Under the pieces are notes generated by a model, which was not told where the DNA came from, did not search any database, and worked only from the letters and a program-made list of their open reading frames with translations. A stretch of DNA of 60,000 nt. Origin: Felis catus (Eukaryota). The DNA is taken from the NCBI RefSeq assembly GCF_018350175.1, contig NC_058368.1:79796001-79856000 (forward strand), in the 5' to 3' direction. Positions within the stretch are counted from its first letter, which is position 1. Each line of letters begins with the position of its first letter. Position numbers and translations under genes: made by a program. Shown here one piece after another: positions 24,321 to 37,087 of this stretch.

Positions 24321-27300
24321 ACTTTAAAAGCCGAAGAGAACATCCATGTCGGATGAAATCTGACCAAAAACGGTTTCACTTGAAAGTCTCCGCTGGACCG
24401 CTCTCGTGTTGGCGGGACATTCAAAGTACCTCCTAAAAACAAAGGACAGGATCCTTCATCACTCGGCAAATTAATGTGATGGTGGAAGCGGGTGACATTT
24501 GACACCTGCACCGAGTTCCGTATTTGGATGGCAACCGTGCGCCTAATCATGCCCAGGCGACTGCGTGCCTGTCTCCTGACCAGAGTAACTGTCACTCGGG
24601 CCTCAACCGCTCCTGTGATACGCAGTAAGTAAAGACGCGACCTGTTTGTCACTCTGACCAGACACCACACCTGGTTTCTCTAGGTCTCGGGCCCAAGGGA
24701 AAGAGGGAAAACAAAAGTGGAATATCTGACCTGTGCCACAAGGACAGTCCTTCAGTGTCCCGACGGGGTTACAGCCTGCCCCCCACTCCGGAAATAGGGC
24801 TGCAGGGAGCATTCATGACCTCAGCCTTCCTGAAGAGAGGGTGACTTCATGAATGTGAGTGTCAGGTGTAGGCACCTGTGCTAACACCTCCATGACGGCG
24901 TTACTGGGCTGGCACACTGCACAAGATTCTGTGCTCCGAATGTGAGCAGAGCCAGCTCAACCCAGCCAGAGAGCTGGCCCGTGAATCTCAGCTGTCGCGG
25001 CCAGTCCCTGCACCATCCCTATGCACTGTCCCCAGGGCCTGTCCTGCAATATTCACGGGGAGCCCCACTGTGTTACCTTTACCTGGCTTTGTCACATGCA
25101 CAGGTTGTCCGCTACTTTCCAGAAATCCGCGAATGACTCCAGAATCACTCTACGCCAATGTAGGATGCATTTTATTCGTGCCACTCTTTAAAGAGTAAAT
25201 AAATTGAAGCACAAGAAATAATCGAAACCAGGATGTACCTCTGGCAGCTGCACGGATGCAGGAAGCCCGGAAGACCTGTCTTTTGAGCACAGAGCTAACC
25301 TCACTCCCCGCCCCTGCTACCCCAGAACTGCTGGAGGTGCCCTGGGAGAAGACCAGGGGCCAAAGGAAGGGTAGCTGTGTTTCGGAAACAGTCACCGGGA
25401 ATTTAGGGCAAACTTCCTGGGAGTGTGTTAGAGGCTCATGAGGTTGACAGCATGGTGGGGACACTGAGCACTCTGGATTTTCCTCACATCTCTCCGTCTT
25501 GTGTTGAGCACACCTCCTTCCTTGGCTGCCTCTCCTCCTCCAGAGGCATCAGATTCCCCTCTCAGCCCCAAACCCACCCTGCTGGGGGTTCCACTGAACC
25601 CACAGGGGCGGGAGCTTTGACTTCTCAGTTCGACACTTACTTTGGTTCGTTCAAAGGAAAAAGCAGAGAATGACCCTCACTTGGGCATTTGCGATTTCAC
25701 AGGATATACCGGATGCGAGGAACACTCACCGATCATCTACTGCCGACTAGGAACAGCCGTACGATTCCAGAATTGAACCTTCAAGTGCAATGTCTGGCAT
25801 CCGCCCCATGGGGAGGGAGGTCCAGGATTGGTTGGGCACAGTTGGAACGTTGTCCAGGAACAAGACCATCTTCCTCCTGCACTGCTGCTGGTCGCTCGCT
25901 CACAGTCAGGCTGGCGTCAGCCTCCCAGGGCTACCCTTCACTTTGACTAATCACATACCAACAGATCTCTGTATTTTAAATGATTACGCAGATTCTAGTC
26001 ATTACTTGGCCAACTTCCTCCAACAGCACTGTGTACATAGAGACAAAGACCAAATGGAAAGTATTTGTCAATAAGAGGAGGCACAAAGAAGGAAGAACAA
26101 TGAACCTTATTTTACATATTTGGTTAAAATCTTGGCTTAGAGAAACTCACGCTTGGAAAGCACCACTCACTTAGCGAGCTGCCTCCACGTCACCCCATAC
26201 TGACCTATTGTACAAAACATACAGCACACGCCGCCCAGAAAAACATCTGAGTAGAAACATCATTTCTAAACTTCTTTCAAAATATGTGCATATGCCTAGG
26301 AATATTTTTGAGCAATGTCTTATATCATGGTGTCTACAAAATAAAAAAAGGAAGACCACAGCTTCTCCTCCCTAACAAGTGAGCCCTGTCCACCGCCCCG
26401 CCCACCCCACACACACACAAAAGGAGCTACTCAAACAAGTCTTCCAAGAACTCATGGTCTAACAGAGCAAGCTCCAACACTGACGTGCTTTTGTACCATG
26501 TGGGTTGAAAGTCTGAGAGGCACCCGTTCACAGCTCAATGCAGGTCCCGGAGCCTCTACTAAGAAGACAACAACCTAGACTCTGTCTGATATCCAGAACC
26601 ACATACTTTATCCAAGTGGCCACTCTCCAAAAATTTGTGAATGATGGAAGTGCTTGTGCTGGCCAAATTGGACAAATACATTTTAATTACCCAGCTCCAC
26701 TCCTACCTCTCCCAAGGCAGTTGTAAACAATAAACAATCCGTCATAAACAATCTCATTAGTAATTTTCAAGATATCAAACGACATTTCAAGCCTACTTTC
26801 AACATAAGATTTGCGTCTTACTCTCATCCCTGTTTCAGAAATGAACACGGATCACCAATGTGTAAACAGTGGCACCTCTGTGCATACAGTATCAGAGGGG
26901 CCGCTTCGTATGCTCTCCGCAGCGATTGGGCAAACTAGTTTAATTTCAAAAATTGTTGGGGTCCTTTATACTTGTGGTCTTGAGATTTCCAGATCTCTCA
27001 CACACACGGAGTCAATAAATATGAGCTTTCAAACCACCACGTAGACACAAGTACACACAACTACGAGATTAAAAATTGGGCCTCCAGACAGGTATCCTAG
27101 AACCAGACAGGTGCAGATAGGAACTGTTTCCACACCCCTGGTGCAGTCTGGCCCCTGCCCCCTGAGTTGGATGGAGCTGGTAGCCTCAAGATCCCTCTCA
27201 ATCTGTGATCTGCTCCTGCTAAAGCCCCTTCACAGTCCCTCATGGGGCCTGAGTGCAATTTCCCTTTGGCTCCTCTCCAGTTCCAGTCCCAACCAATCCA

Positions 27301-27569
27301 CACATATTCTAGTCAATGCAGACTTCCCCAAAGAACCACGGGTCAACTCCCTCTATGAAGCTGTGTCACAACAACTTACCTTAAAATGATAATGAGGAGA
27401 GGCTAAAAGACTCTCAGGTGGGAGCCAACAATGCAAGGCAGAGCTTCAACATCACCTCTTCAACGGACATCCAGTGCCTTCTTCCTCATGACACGCTGAG
27501 CCTGCCACTAGGAGCAAGTCACTTCCTAGTCCCTGCAAGGATCCCACCCGGGAATTGGTGGGCACAGGA

Positions 27570-28128
27570 ACATTAGCATTCCTGCTGTTCTACATTCTCA
27601 CCAACAGTTCCTGTTTCCAGGGATTTTGTTTTGTTAGCCATTGTAGCAAGTTCGTACTGGTGCTTGTCTTTCTCACGTCTCCAACCTGATTAGCTGATGG
27701 TATTGAGCACTTTTTCTTATGCGTATCGGCCATTCCTAGATTCACCCTTCATGAATTGTGTGTTCAAGCCTGTCGCCCATTTTTATTAGTTTTTGTTTGT
27801 TTGTCTTTTTATTATTGAGTTGTAGACATTCTTTATATATTCTGGATACTAATCTTTTGTCAAGTGTGTTGTGACAAATATCTGCCCCTAACATGTGGCT
27901 CGCCTAATCATTTCCATAATAGTGTGTTTTGATAAATGGAAGTTTTTCATTTTCATGAGTCTGATTTATTCATTATTTTCTTTTATGGTTAGTGCTTTTT
28001 GTACCCTATCTAGGAAATAATTGCCTACCCTCAACATCAGGAAAATGCTCTCTTTTTTAATGGAAACCGTATAGGTTCAGCTTTTACATTTAGATCTGTG
28101 ATCCCTCCAAATTATCTATGTGTATGGC
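27570..28128 (-). mobile_element. Ancient L1M ORF2 3' region fragment
   Basis: 'attgagcactttttcttatg..tcggccatt', 'ttattgagttgtagacattctttatatattctggatact' and 'tttacatttagatctgtgatcc' are antisense L1 ORF2 hallmarks. Confidence 0.85.
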
Positions 28129-28130
28129 TT

Positions 28131-28215
28131 TGCATCCATTTCCTGGGGCTGCCATAAAAAATTACGACAAACAGGTGGCTTAAAATGATACAAAAGTATT
28201 CTCTCATGTCTGAAA
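28131..28215 (-). mobile_element. MLT1 LTR terminal fragment
   Basis: 'tttcctggggctgccataaaaaattacgacaaacaggtggcttaaaa...tattctctca'. Confidence 0.75.
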
Positions 28216-29067
28216 ACAGTTGCTTTACATATTTTGTTCAACATTTTAGTTGCTTATGGCTCACTATCTTACTTTACATTCCTGTCTGTCTTAACTGGTC
28301 TCACCACAATGACCAAATCTTCCTCAGCCTACACTCCGAACAAATCTAGCTGCACTCTGTTTCCGTTTCCACCAACACGAGAATCCTGTGTGCCTTCTTC
28401 ATGTCGCATCTTCTGAGGGCCCGGCCCAGTGCCCTCCGAGTAGGGGGCAGACAGTTAATATCTACTCAGTGCGCTGTTGTGACGGGACTGACTTCAGATT
28501 AAAACCTTGGCTTAGAGAGAAAACCACAGTCCCACCAAAACTTCGGTGGGGCCACTCACCTCTGCTGACATACCACTGTGTATGTCAGTGACCCAATCTC
28601 CAAGCTGGAACCTCAGCCAACCATGTGCCCCAGGGGACCGGAGGCAGAGTGAAGGCCACAGTGTAGACACCCGGCTCTTGCAGCTGCCTCTCCTTGCCGA
28701 AATTCTGGGCTGGAAGTCCAGACCCTGGGTCACTGGGATTGGCCGCTGAAGGGATCCGTTTATGTTATGAACGATGATACCTTGCCCCTTCTGCAGACCC
28801 AGGCCATTTTTCTCTTCCACTGGCAACTTTCATCTCGATTCAGGAACGGTTAAGATCCTGGCAGCATTTTGTTCTCTGAACCTATAAAACAGGGAGAAAA
28901 TGTGGAGTTAGAGTAGTTTCTCTGAGCAGGGAGTCTGCTAGTTGATAGCAAAGATTTGAGCAAGAAATAGGAGACATGTTTTAGTGTCAGTATGGAAAGA
29001 CATCCCCAAGCACTGGGGGACTGGGAAGACTTTAGGTGCCCTGGAGCTGATGACCCTTGCCCATAAC

Positions 29068-29134
29068 TGTGTTAGCTATGTTCTCCAGAGAAACCAAGGC
29101 AATAGGAGATGATCAGATAGAGAGAGAGAGAGAT

Positions 29135-29176
<42 letters not shown>

Positions 29177-29894
29177 TGATAGATGATAGGTAATAGATGA
29201 TAGATAACAGACATATAATCGGTATAGATAATTGATAGCTAGATGATAGATAATTGATAGATATATAGATAGATAATAGATGATAGAGAAGATAGATATA
29301 GATATAGATAATTGATAGCTAGATGATAGATAGATGATTGATAGATAGATAGATGATATATAGATAATTGGTAGATAGCTAGATGATAGATAATAAGATA
29401 GATAGATAATTGATAGATAGATGATAGGTAATAGATGATAGATAGATAACAGATATATAATAGATATAGATATAGATAATTGATAGCTAGATGATAGATA
29501 ATTGATAGATAGATGATAGATAATTGATAGATAGATACCCAGATGATAGGTAATTAATAGACAGATCTTAAGGAACTTATTCACTTGATCGTAGGGACTA
29601 GCAAACCTGAAATTCATAGGGCAGGCCAGCAGGCTGGAAACTCAGGCAGGGATTAGTGCTACAGTTTCATGGAAGAATTTCTTCTTCTGGGGAAACCTCA
29701 GTTTTGGCTCCCAAGGCCTTCAACTGATTGGATGAGGCCCACCCACAGTATGGAGGATGCTCTCTTTTCCTGAAAGTAAACTGGCTGTAGATGTTAAGTG
29801 CATCTACAAAATGTCTTCACAGCAATATCTGGAGTAGTGTTTGATTTCTAGATTCTATAACCTAGCCAATTGACAGCTACAGTTAATGGTCACA
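29068..29894 (-). mobile_element. ERVL solo LTR (MLT2 family) interrupted by a GATA expansion
   Basis: Starts 'tgtgttagctatgttctccagagaaac..aatagga'; has internal 'ggccttcaactgattggatgaggcccacccaca'; ends 'ctagccaattgaca....agttaatggtcaca' (TG...CA termini). Confidence 0.9.
29110..29560. repeat. Complex (GATA)n satellite with higher-order structure
   Basis: GATA/GAT/TAGA units with recurring 'gataattgatagctagatgata' blocks. Confidence 0.97.
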
Positions 29895-30833
29895 GTAGTC
29901 TTATAATCTACAGAAGTAACAAAAAGGGGTGCCATCTAATAAAATAAATCCTAGAACCACGTTGTGAAGAAACACCAGGAGACAAAATAAGTTTTCAAGC
30001 AGTAGTAGCATTTACTTAAATTGTGAGGCCTGCAAATTAGGAGAATCCAAGGAGGAAAATCCATTTACGAAGACTCCTCATGGGCATGGGGTGGCCTTCA
30101 GCTGCACCCTGAGAAATCTCTAGAATCCAGAGGAGAGTCTTAAGACCCTTCCTTCAGATCAGCTGGGGTCGAGAACGCGCATGATGACTTGGGTCAGGGA
30201 CAGGAACCTGGGTCTTGAGCCTGTGGGAACAGAAAAGATCCTGTAGACACCACCGATTCGACAGCATCATCATTCCCACAGGAGGAAATGGACCGTGTTT
30301 TCTGACTGCGTTTCATTTTCGTGTCGCATCCATGCAAGCTTTACAAGCTCAGCAACACGTCCAGGGGTGCGATCGCTTTTGTCCCTCAGTAAAGCCCTGC
30401 AAGAACACGGGCCGTGTGTCACCAGAGCCCTCCCACAGACGAAGAGGTTCCTGCCGCCGTGCAGACCGGTGGGGCCGGATGGCTCTGCTGTGCACACATC
30501 TCTTCTCCTGCACTCCCCCGTGCGCCCTGGGCCCTAGGAGAGGAAGCTACCTAAACACAAGTCCCTTAACGCAAGCTTTAGAGGCACTGGTTTTAAGTTT
30601 CGGGGCAAGAACTACAAAAAGGCCGTTAACACGTACAAAAGGCTTCACCTCACCAGCCGTCAGAGAAATGCATGTAAAAACAGGATCCTGCTTCACTTTT
30701 CCCCCAGTCTGAGCCACTCTACCTCTGGTGTGTTTAGACCCCACAACTGCCTGGAAAGGCCCTTCAGGGACTGTCTTCAGGGGAGCCCCAAGGCCTCAGG
30801 AGAGGGCAGTTTTAAAGTAGCAATCAAGAACCT

Positions 30834-31058
30834 GGGGCGCCTGGGGGGCCCAGTGGGTTGAGCCTCTGACTTCAGCTCAGCATATGATCTCAAGGTTTGA
30901 GTTCGAGCCCTGCATTAGGCTCTGTGCTGACAGCTCAGAGCCTGGAGCCTGCATTGGATTCTGTGTCTCTCTCTCTCCACCCCTCCCCTGCTTGCTCTCT
31001 GACTCTCTCTCTCTCTCTGGCTCTCTCTCTCTCTCTGAAAATAAATAAACTTTAAAAA
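30834..31058 (+). mobile_element. Can-SINE
   Basis: Head 'ggggcgcctggggggcccagtgggttgag', CT tract, AATAAA tail. Confidence 0.94.
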
Positions 31059-31172
31059 GTATTTTTTTTCTCCTAGAAGCCAGAAATCAGGAAGAAAATG
31101 AAGAAAAGATTAGTACATATGATCACACACACCCTTAAAACTAATGTATGTTTAAAAAAAAAAACATAAACA

Positions 31173-31300
31173 AGGGCACCTGGGTGGCTCAGTCAGTCAA
31201 GCGCCTGACTCTTGATTTCAGCTCAGGTCATGATCTCATGGTTGGTGAGTTTGAGCCCTGAGTCAGGCTCTGCGCTGACAGTGTGGAGCCTGCTTGGGAT

Positions 31301-31354
<54 letters not shown>

Positions 31355-31414
31355 CTGCCCTTCTATACTCGCTCATGTGTGCACTCTCTCTCTCTTAAAA
31401 TAAACATTTTAAAA
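31173..31414 (+). mobile_element. Can-SINE ('gactcttgat' type)
   Basis: Head, long (CT)n tract, tail. Confidence 0.94.
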
Positions 31415-32002
31415 ATACCATACACAAATTTAAAAATATCATTTTAGGAAAAATATTTAAAACATAGAAAATACATCAAGGCCTAATTTCTTTCCTACAC
31501 AAATACTTCTCACAAGTCAACAAAAAGAAATCTAAACCACCTTACATAAAAATAGATAAAACTAAAAATATAGATAGATAATAAATTATGTAAACATATT
31601 CAACATCGTAGTGACTAAGGATTGAGTAAGGCCAGGAATAAACATCCTTATACTTTAGTAGGACCAGCTGTGGCCTCCCTGGAAGGCAACCTCACAGCTG
31701 CATTCAAGAACCAAAGATGCACATCCCCTTTGTCCTCACAAATCCACCTGCAAAAATGTATCCCCTGCTTGAACACGTATGCAGACCTGTGTTCTATGGC
31801 ATCCCTTCTGCCATCTTGGAACTGGGGAACCCACTGGGAACAAGGTTAAGTCCATCAGATTTATAGTAGAATATCCTCCCAAAGAAGGACGTGCAATCTT
31901 TAAATAAAAGAGAGAAAAACATGAGAATAGTCTAAGTAATATTAAATGGGGAGACAGGGAGAGCAAATTTCAGAAAGGAATGCATAATATAAAAGCATTT
32001 GG

Positions 32003-32235
32003 GGGGTACCTGGGTGGCTCAGTCAGTTGAGCATCCAACTTCAGCTCAGGTCATGATCTCACGACTCGTGGGTTTGAGACCCCTGTCGGGTTCTGTGCTG
32101 ACAGCTCGGAGCCTGGATCCTGCTTCGGATTCTGTGTCTCCCTCTCTCTCTGCCCCTCCCCCGTTCATGCTCTGTCTCTGTCTCAAAAATAAATAAACAT
32201 TAAAAAAAATAAAAATAAACAAATAAATAAATTTT
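32003..32235 (+). mobile_element. Can-SINE
   Basis: Full body; AAGCATTT flanks both sides as a probable TSD. Confidence 0.95.
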
Positions 32236-32499
32236 AAGAAGCATTTAGGGAAAAATTTCTGGAAGAATGCATCCAAAAAAAAATGTTCATAGGGGTTGCA
32301 GAAGGGGGGATTTTGCTTTTCACTTTGGGCCATTTAGTAACATTTGAAATTTTATCCATAGGACACATCACTTGTATAATAAGAAACCGACTGAAATTTT
32401 AGAAAAGTTGCATTAAGTGTGAAGATAGCCCTTATATATTGACATATTCTAGCACTCTGAATATACACAGATGACTTGGCTTGAAAAAGGTATGGGGTG

Positions 32500-32702
32500 G
32501 GGGCACTGACTGGCTCAGTTTGTTAGGCATCTGACTCTTGATTTCGGCTCACATCATGATCTCATGGTTTGTGGTTTCGAGCCCTGAATCAGGCTCTGTG
32601 CTGACAGTGTGGAGCCTGCTTGGGATCCTCTGTCTCCCTCTCTCTCTGCCTCTCCCATGCTCACTCTCTCTCTCAAAATAAATTAACTTAAAAAAAAAAA
32701 AA
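32500..32702 (+). mobile_element. Can-SINE ('gactcttgat' type)
   Basis: Head, CT tract, poly(A). Confidence 0.93.
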
Positions 32703-33891
32703 CACGACACATTCTTCACATTTCTTTTGTTTTGCCAAATGCAAGCCTTCTAATCCAAAGCAAAGTAAACGGCAGTCGATTTTGCTTGTGTAAGGGGTAT
32801 TCAGACAATTTGGGCACCTGTGTCAATGTCTGTGGTGAGAAGGTAGACCGTTGCTCCTGGACGTAAAGGTCCGTCCCTAATCTAGCCAGTCCATGACACT
32901 GTACTTACCATGTAAGAAGTTTCAAGCAGTGGCTGCGGTCCTCTGCGGGAGTAGAAGAGGCACGAAATCTCTTTCAGATTGTTACCTTCTCCTGCTTGTG
33001 GCCAGAGTTTCATCTGCCATCCACCCAAAACCGCCAAACTTGGGTTCGTTAGTTAATTTCTGTTCTCACTTGCTCAGCGTTTTATTTCTTCTACTCCAAT
33101 ACCGGAAAATAGTTTAAAGTGGAGTGGATAGAATATAGGAGAAATACCTCCACCCAGGACCCAACTCACCCCTTGCAAGAAATCAATTATGAAACTTTTC
33201 AGGCCATTAAAAATTTTGGAGGTATTTTTAATGGTATCTGGCTTGCCACATTACACTGAAGGTTGAAGAGCCCGGAGAATATTCAGTGTGGAGCTCCTTC
33301 CAATGCCCACCATCCTGTCCCAAGGGAGAAACAAATGTTCTGGAAAGGAGCCTCAAAATGGCCCACTTACCCACCCCACTCGTGCCCCAAGCTGGGAACC
33401 ACTCTCACAAGCAGTAGAACATTAAAAGTAACATTTATTTTCAAAGCCACAGATCTCTCAGGAGCTAGTTTTTAATTATAGGCTTACAAAGGATTTTTGG
33501 ACTTAATTTTTTCTCCAGTGATTTGGAAAAATGAAAATATGTGTTTCCCTTTGGCAGAGCTTTCCAGAAGGACTCATAGTGTGAAGTAAGGAGTAGACGT
33601 TGTGATATTTGACACTGATTTGCTTAGGAAGCCACAGATGATGGAGAGCAGACTCGATCACGTGCCCCACACCAAAGGAACAGGTTGGATCAAGGCTACA
33701 CATGCACTGACACCAGGGGCAGCTGTGGGGCATCACCAGGAGCATCCACTGGCCTCAAGGCCAGGAGGGGCGAGGTGGGCGCATTCTCTCACAATCCCCC
33801 ACAGCATGAAAGACGTTATTTAAATGTTACAACAAAGAAAGAGGCTTCAACCTACATTAAACAGAAATTTTTCACAACGTTAAAAAATACT

Positions 33892-34094
33892 GGGGCTCCT
33901 GGGTGGCTCAATCAGTTAAGCATCCGACTTCAGCTCAGGGGATGATCTCACAGTTTGTGGATTCGAGCCCCACATCAGGCTCTGTGCTGACAGTTCGGAG
34001 CCAGGAGCCTGCCTCGGATTCTGTGTCTCCCTCTCTCTCTGCCCCTCCCCTGCTGTGCTTTCTCTCTCTCTCTCTCAAAAATAATTAAACATTA
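33892..34094 (+). mobile_element. Can-SINE (first of a tandem pair)
   Basis: Full body; TSD AAAAAATACT at 33882-33891 and 34095-34104. Confidence 0.95.
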
Positions 34095-34109
34095 AAAAAA
34101 TACTAGTGA

Positions 34110-34269
34110 GGGGTGTCTGGGTGGCTCAGTTGGTTAAGCATCTGACTGTGGCTCAGTCATGATTTCATGATTCATGGGTTCGAGCCCCGCGTCGGGCTCT
34201 GTGCTGACAGCTCAGAGCCTGGATCCTGCTTCGGATTCTGTGTCTCCCTCCCTCTCTGCCTCTTCCTCA

Positions 34270-34300
<31 letters not shown>

Positions 34301-34332
34301 AAAACTAAATAAACATTTAAAAAAATTAAAAC
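34110..34332 (+). mobile_element. Can-SINE (second of a tandem pair)
   Basis: Full body; TSD AAATACTA(G/A)TGA at 34098-34109 and 34333-34344. Confidence 0.95.
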
Positions 34333-35319
34333 AAATACTAATGAAAGCCATGAGCACTTTGCCGTAACTCAGGGGCACCGACATGGGCAAGCTTCTCTGT
34401 CCACGTCAGCACCGGTTGTGTCTAAACCACCTCGCACAGTAGTTTCTGACTCTCCTCTTGTCCTTCAAAGTTCTGGCGTGGCTCACGTGTGATTGCTTTC
34501 CCAGGAACTGAAATTCTAAAACCGTCGTGAAAGGGTTCCCTTTATTTCTCTTTTCTTGCCAGCCTCTCAGGACTCTGCTTGGCTCTTTCTCAACCCTTCA
34601 TCTCTCTGTTCTCTTCCTGAACTACCTTTACCCTCCAGTAGTTCCGAATCCGTGGAAGAGTCTGCAGAGGCTTTCAAGGACCCGGGTTTCTAGGGGCCAG
34701 CCCGCCGCTGGCCCACAGCAACGGTTCGGGCAGCCCCTCCCCACAGGGTTTCCTGCACTTGCCCCTGGGTGGGGGTGGGGGAGGAGCCATGTTTCTGAGG
34801 TGTGGCCCCGTGGGACAAAACGTGCTAGGAGATTAGATAAGTTTGGGAAACATTGCCTATTACACCCACCAACTCTGTACGTAGTTCTGAGAGGTCCTGC
34901 TGGGGAAGAACCCGTAATCCTTTGTTCGACGACTCCTAAAGTTATTTGACTATTGGTCAAAAACTGATCCAAAGGGCAGCCAGGGAGTGAGGCATTCGCT
35001 TTATAAATAAGCACCAAATAACTACCTACCTGGGAGGGCCAAGTCACTGACAGCTATTGTACGTTAGAGCGGATGAGCTCACCAGGACACCTGCCTCAGG
35101 GCCACTGATCAGTCTCAGTGATTGGGGATGTCTTCACTCGAGAAGTCAGGAAAAAGCAGAAAAGTACAAGCATTCCTATGTCCATGAGTAACAGAGCCTC
35201 ACAGAGGCAGTCTGCAAGGGTGCGGTCCCAATATTCTGCTCGGGGAAGAGGCAATAACAACACTGTGATGTACAGAGAGATACCACAGAGCTGAAAACAA
35301 GAGACAATGCTCCTTGAGT

Positions 35320-35545
35320 ACGTGTCCTACACCCGGCCCCGTTCAGAGGGCTTCACGTCTATTAATTCATGCATTACTCACAATAACCCCCCGTGTAGGA
35401 AGGATCATCTCCGTTTTATAGATAAGGAAACTGAGGCACAAGGAGGTCGACTGCCCTGCCCTTAACTGCACAGCGAGTAAGTAATGAAGTTGGGGTTCGA
35501 AGCCAGGCAGTCTGATTCCAGGATCTGTGCCCTTCACCGCAGGAT
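35320..35545 (-). mobile_element. MIR SINE
   Basis: 'ccgttttatagataaggaaactgaggcac' core and 'ggggttcgaagccaggcagtctgattcca'. Confidence 0.88.
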
Positions 35546-35943
35546 ACACGCATGCCCTATCCTGTGGATTGTCTCTTCCCAGTATGAAGTCCGAGTGTCA
35601 AGGAGCCAGCACCTTTGAAAAGATAGCCCACACCTCCCTCCCTCCCCTTCGCTACAGCTACATGCCCGGACAGACGAGTTTTCACTGTTCTCCAGCCAAG
35701 TGCAGACAAGAGGATGTCTCAGACATGGTGGGAAATTGTAGGTTCTCAAATCTGAAGCCATGAGTGTCCCGCACTGGAGGCCCCACGGTGGGGAGGGTGC
35801 CGGAAGTGGCTGGGAGTTGGATTCCCGGGTAGCAGAGACCCTGGTGCAGAGGGGGTAGCATGAGGGCACCTCCCCACGGGGGTCCTGGGCTCCCCCAGAG
35901 CAGGGGCTCCAGCGGGAGCAGCACGGGCTCTGGGAGGCTGCAG

Positions 35944-36125
35944 CAGGGGTGCTCACACCTGAGCAGACATCTCGCCCTTGGAGCTTTGCTGAAACGCAGG
36001 CCACAGGCCCCGCCTCCAGAGTTTCTGCCTGAGAAGTCCGGGGTAAGGATAAGAATGCGCACTTCCTGCAAGTGCCCAGGGTGCTGCCTCTGCTGGTCCA
36101 CGGACCCTACTTGGGTGCCACCAGT
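35944..36125 (-). mobile_element. MER5A-like hAT-Charlie DNA transposon relic
   Basis: 'ggccccgcctccagagtttctg' and 'caagtgcccagggtgctgcctctgctggtccacggacc' match the MER5A reverse complement. Confidence 0.75.
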
Positions 36126-37087
36126 GGGTACAGACTAGGGAGTCACTCGGGCCCTTCTCATTTGCCAGGCTCACCCCCTTCGGCTGGGCACTTGCCACCA
36201 CTCTGCTCCACCCCTCCTCTTCCACTTGACTTCCTCTCGCCTCCCCTTCCCGGGCTCGGTGTGTCGGCCATCTCCCAGAAAGCCTTGCCTGACCCCCTCG
36301 TCCGCTCATCCACGCTGCCTGGAAACGAACAGCTTCCCCTCCCAAGACACCAGTTGCTGGGTCTGCTACTCGCTTGGCCATCAGACCACACTCGCCACTC
36401 CTTGCAGGGTCCCCTGATCTCGGCACTGTCCACCAGATATGGTGGTTTCAACAAATACCGGTTAAATCAAGGAGCAGACTCATCTAGCTTGAGGCCATCC
36501 CTTAGAAGAGGACATCTGAGGGGCCCCACCAGACTTGGCTCTGTGGCCCTTCCCGACTTGCCCCAGTGTCGCTTCCAGCACTGGCCCCCCTGACTCCCTC
36601 CCCGTGCTGCCCTTCACACCTCACAAACCTCACCATTCGGCCACATGCCCAGCAGTGTAGGGTGATTACTGTCTGAACCGATCATTCCTGGGCGTGCAAA
36701 GGACCCTCTTAGCAACTAATTCAGGGACTGAAGATGCACATTTGAGCTGTCCTAGGAAGACCAGCATGCTGGGGCAGCGCAAGAGTGGAACTTCCTTGTG
36801 AGGCTGCTCTCTCGTGCTCATAAGGTGGTCCACCAAGGGCCTCTTTGAGACAGCTGTCCATCCTCAGTCCGGTCCGCTGTGGCCAAGTTGACAGAGCCAC
36901 ATGGTGTAAAACATGGCAGCCCGTGATTAGGTGAGCACACGATCAGGAGTCTGGGGACACTTAGCTGGTGATAGTGTAACGCACAGTCTTCTGGAACAGA
37001 CGGTCCCCTATCAAACACACAGGCTTGCTAACAAAATGTTTGAGGAGTCCGCACAGGCCCATCCCACAAAACTCCTTGGGATGTTGA

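Larger units (their letters stand above)
31080..32400 (+). mobile_element. Ancient L1 (L1ME-like) 3' region, interrupted by two SINEs
   Basis: 'ggaaaaatatt', 'caagtcaacaaaaagaaa', 'ctggaaggcaacct', 'atgcacatcccctttg' and the terminal 'atttgaaatttta..cat..acatcacttgtataat' are L1ME-like; heavily decayed. Confidence 0.55.

Noticed and set aside
29072..29617. 181-aa Ile/Tyr/Leu/Ser-rich ORF resembling a membrane protein
   Set aside because: It is the translation of the (TATC)n strand of the GATA satellite.
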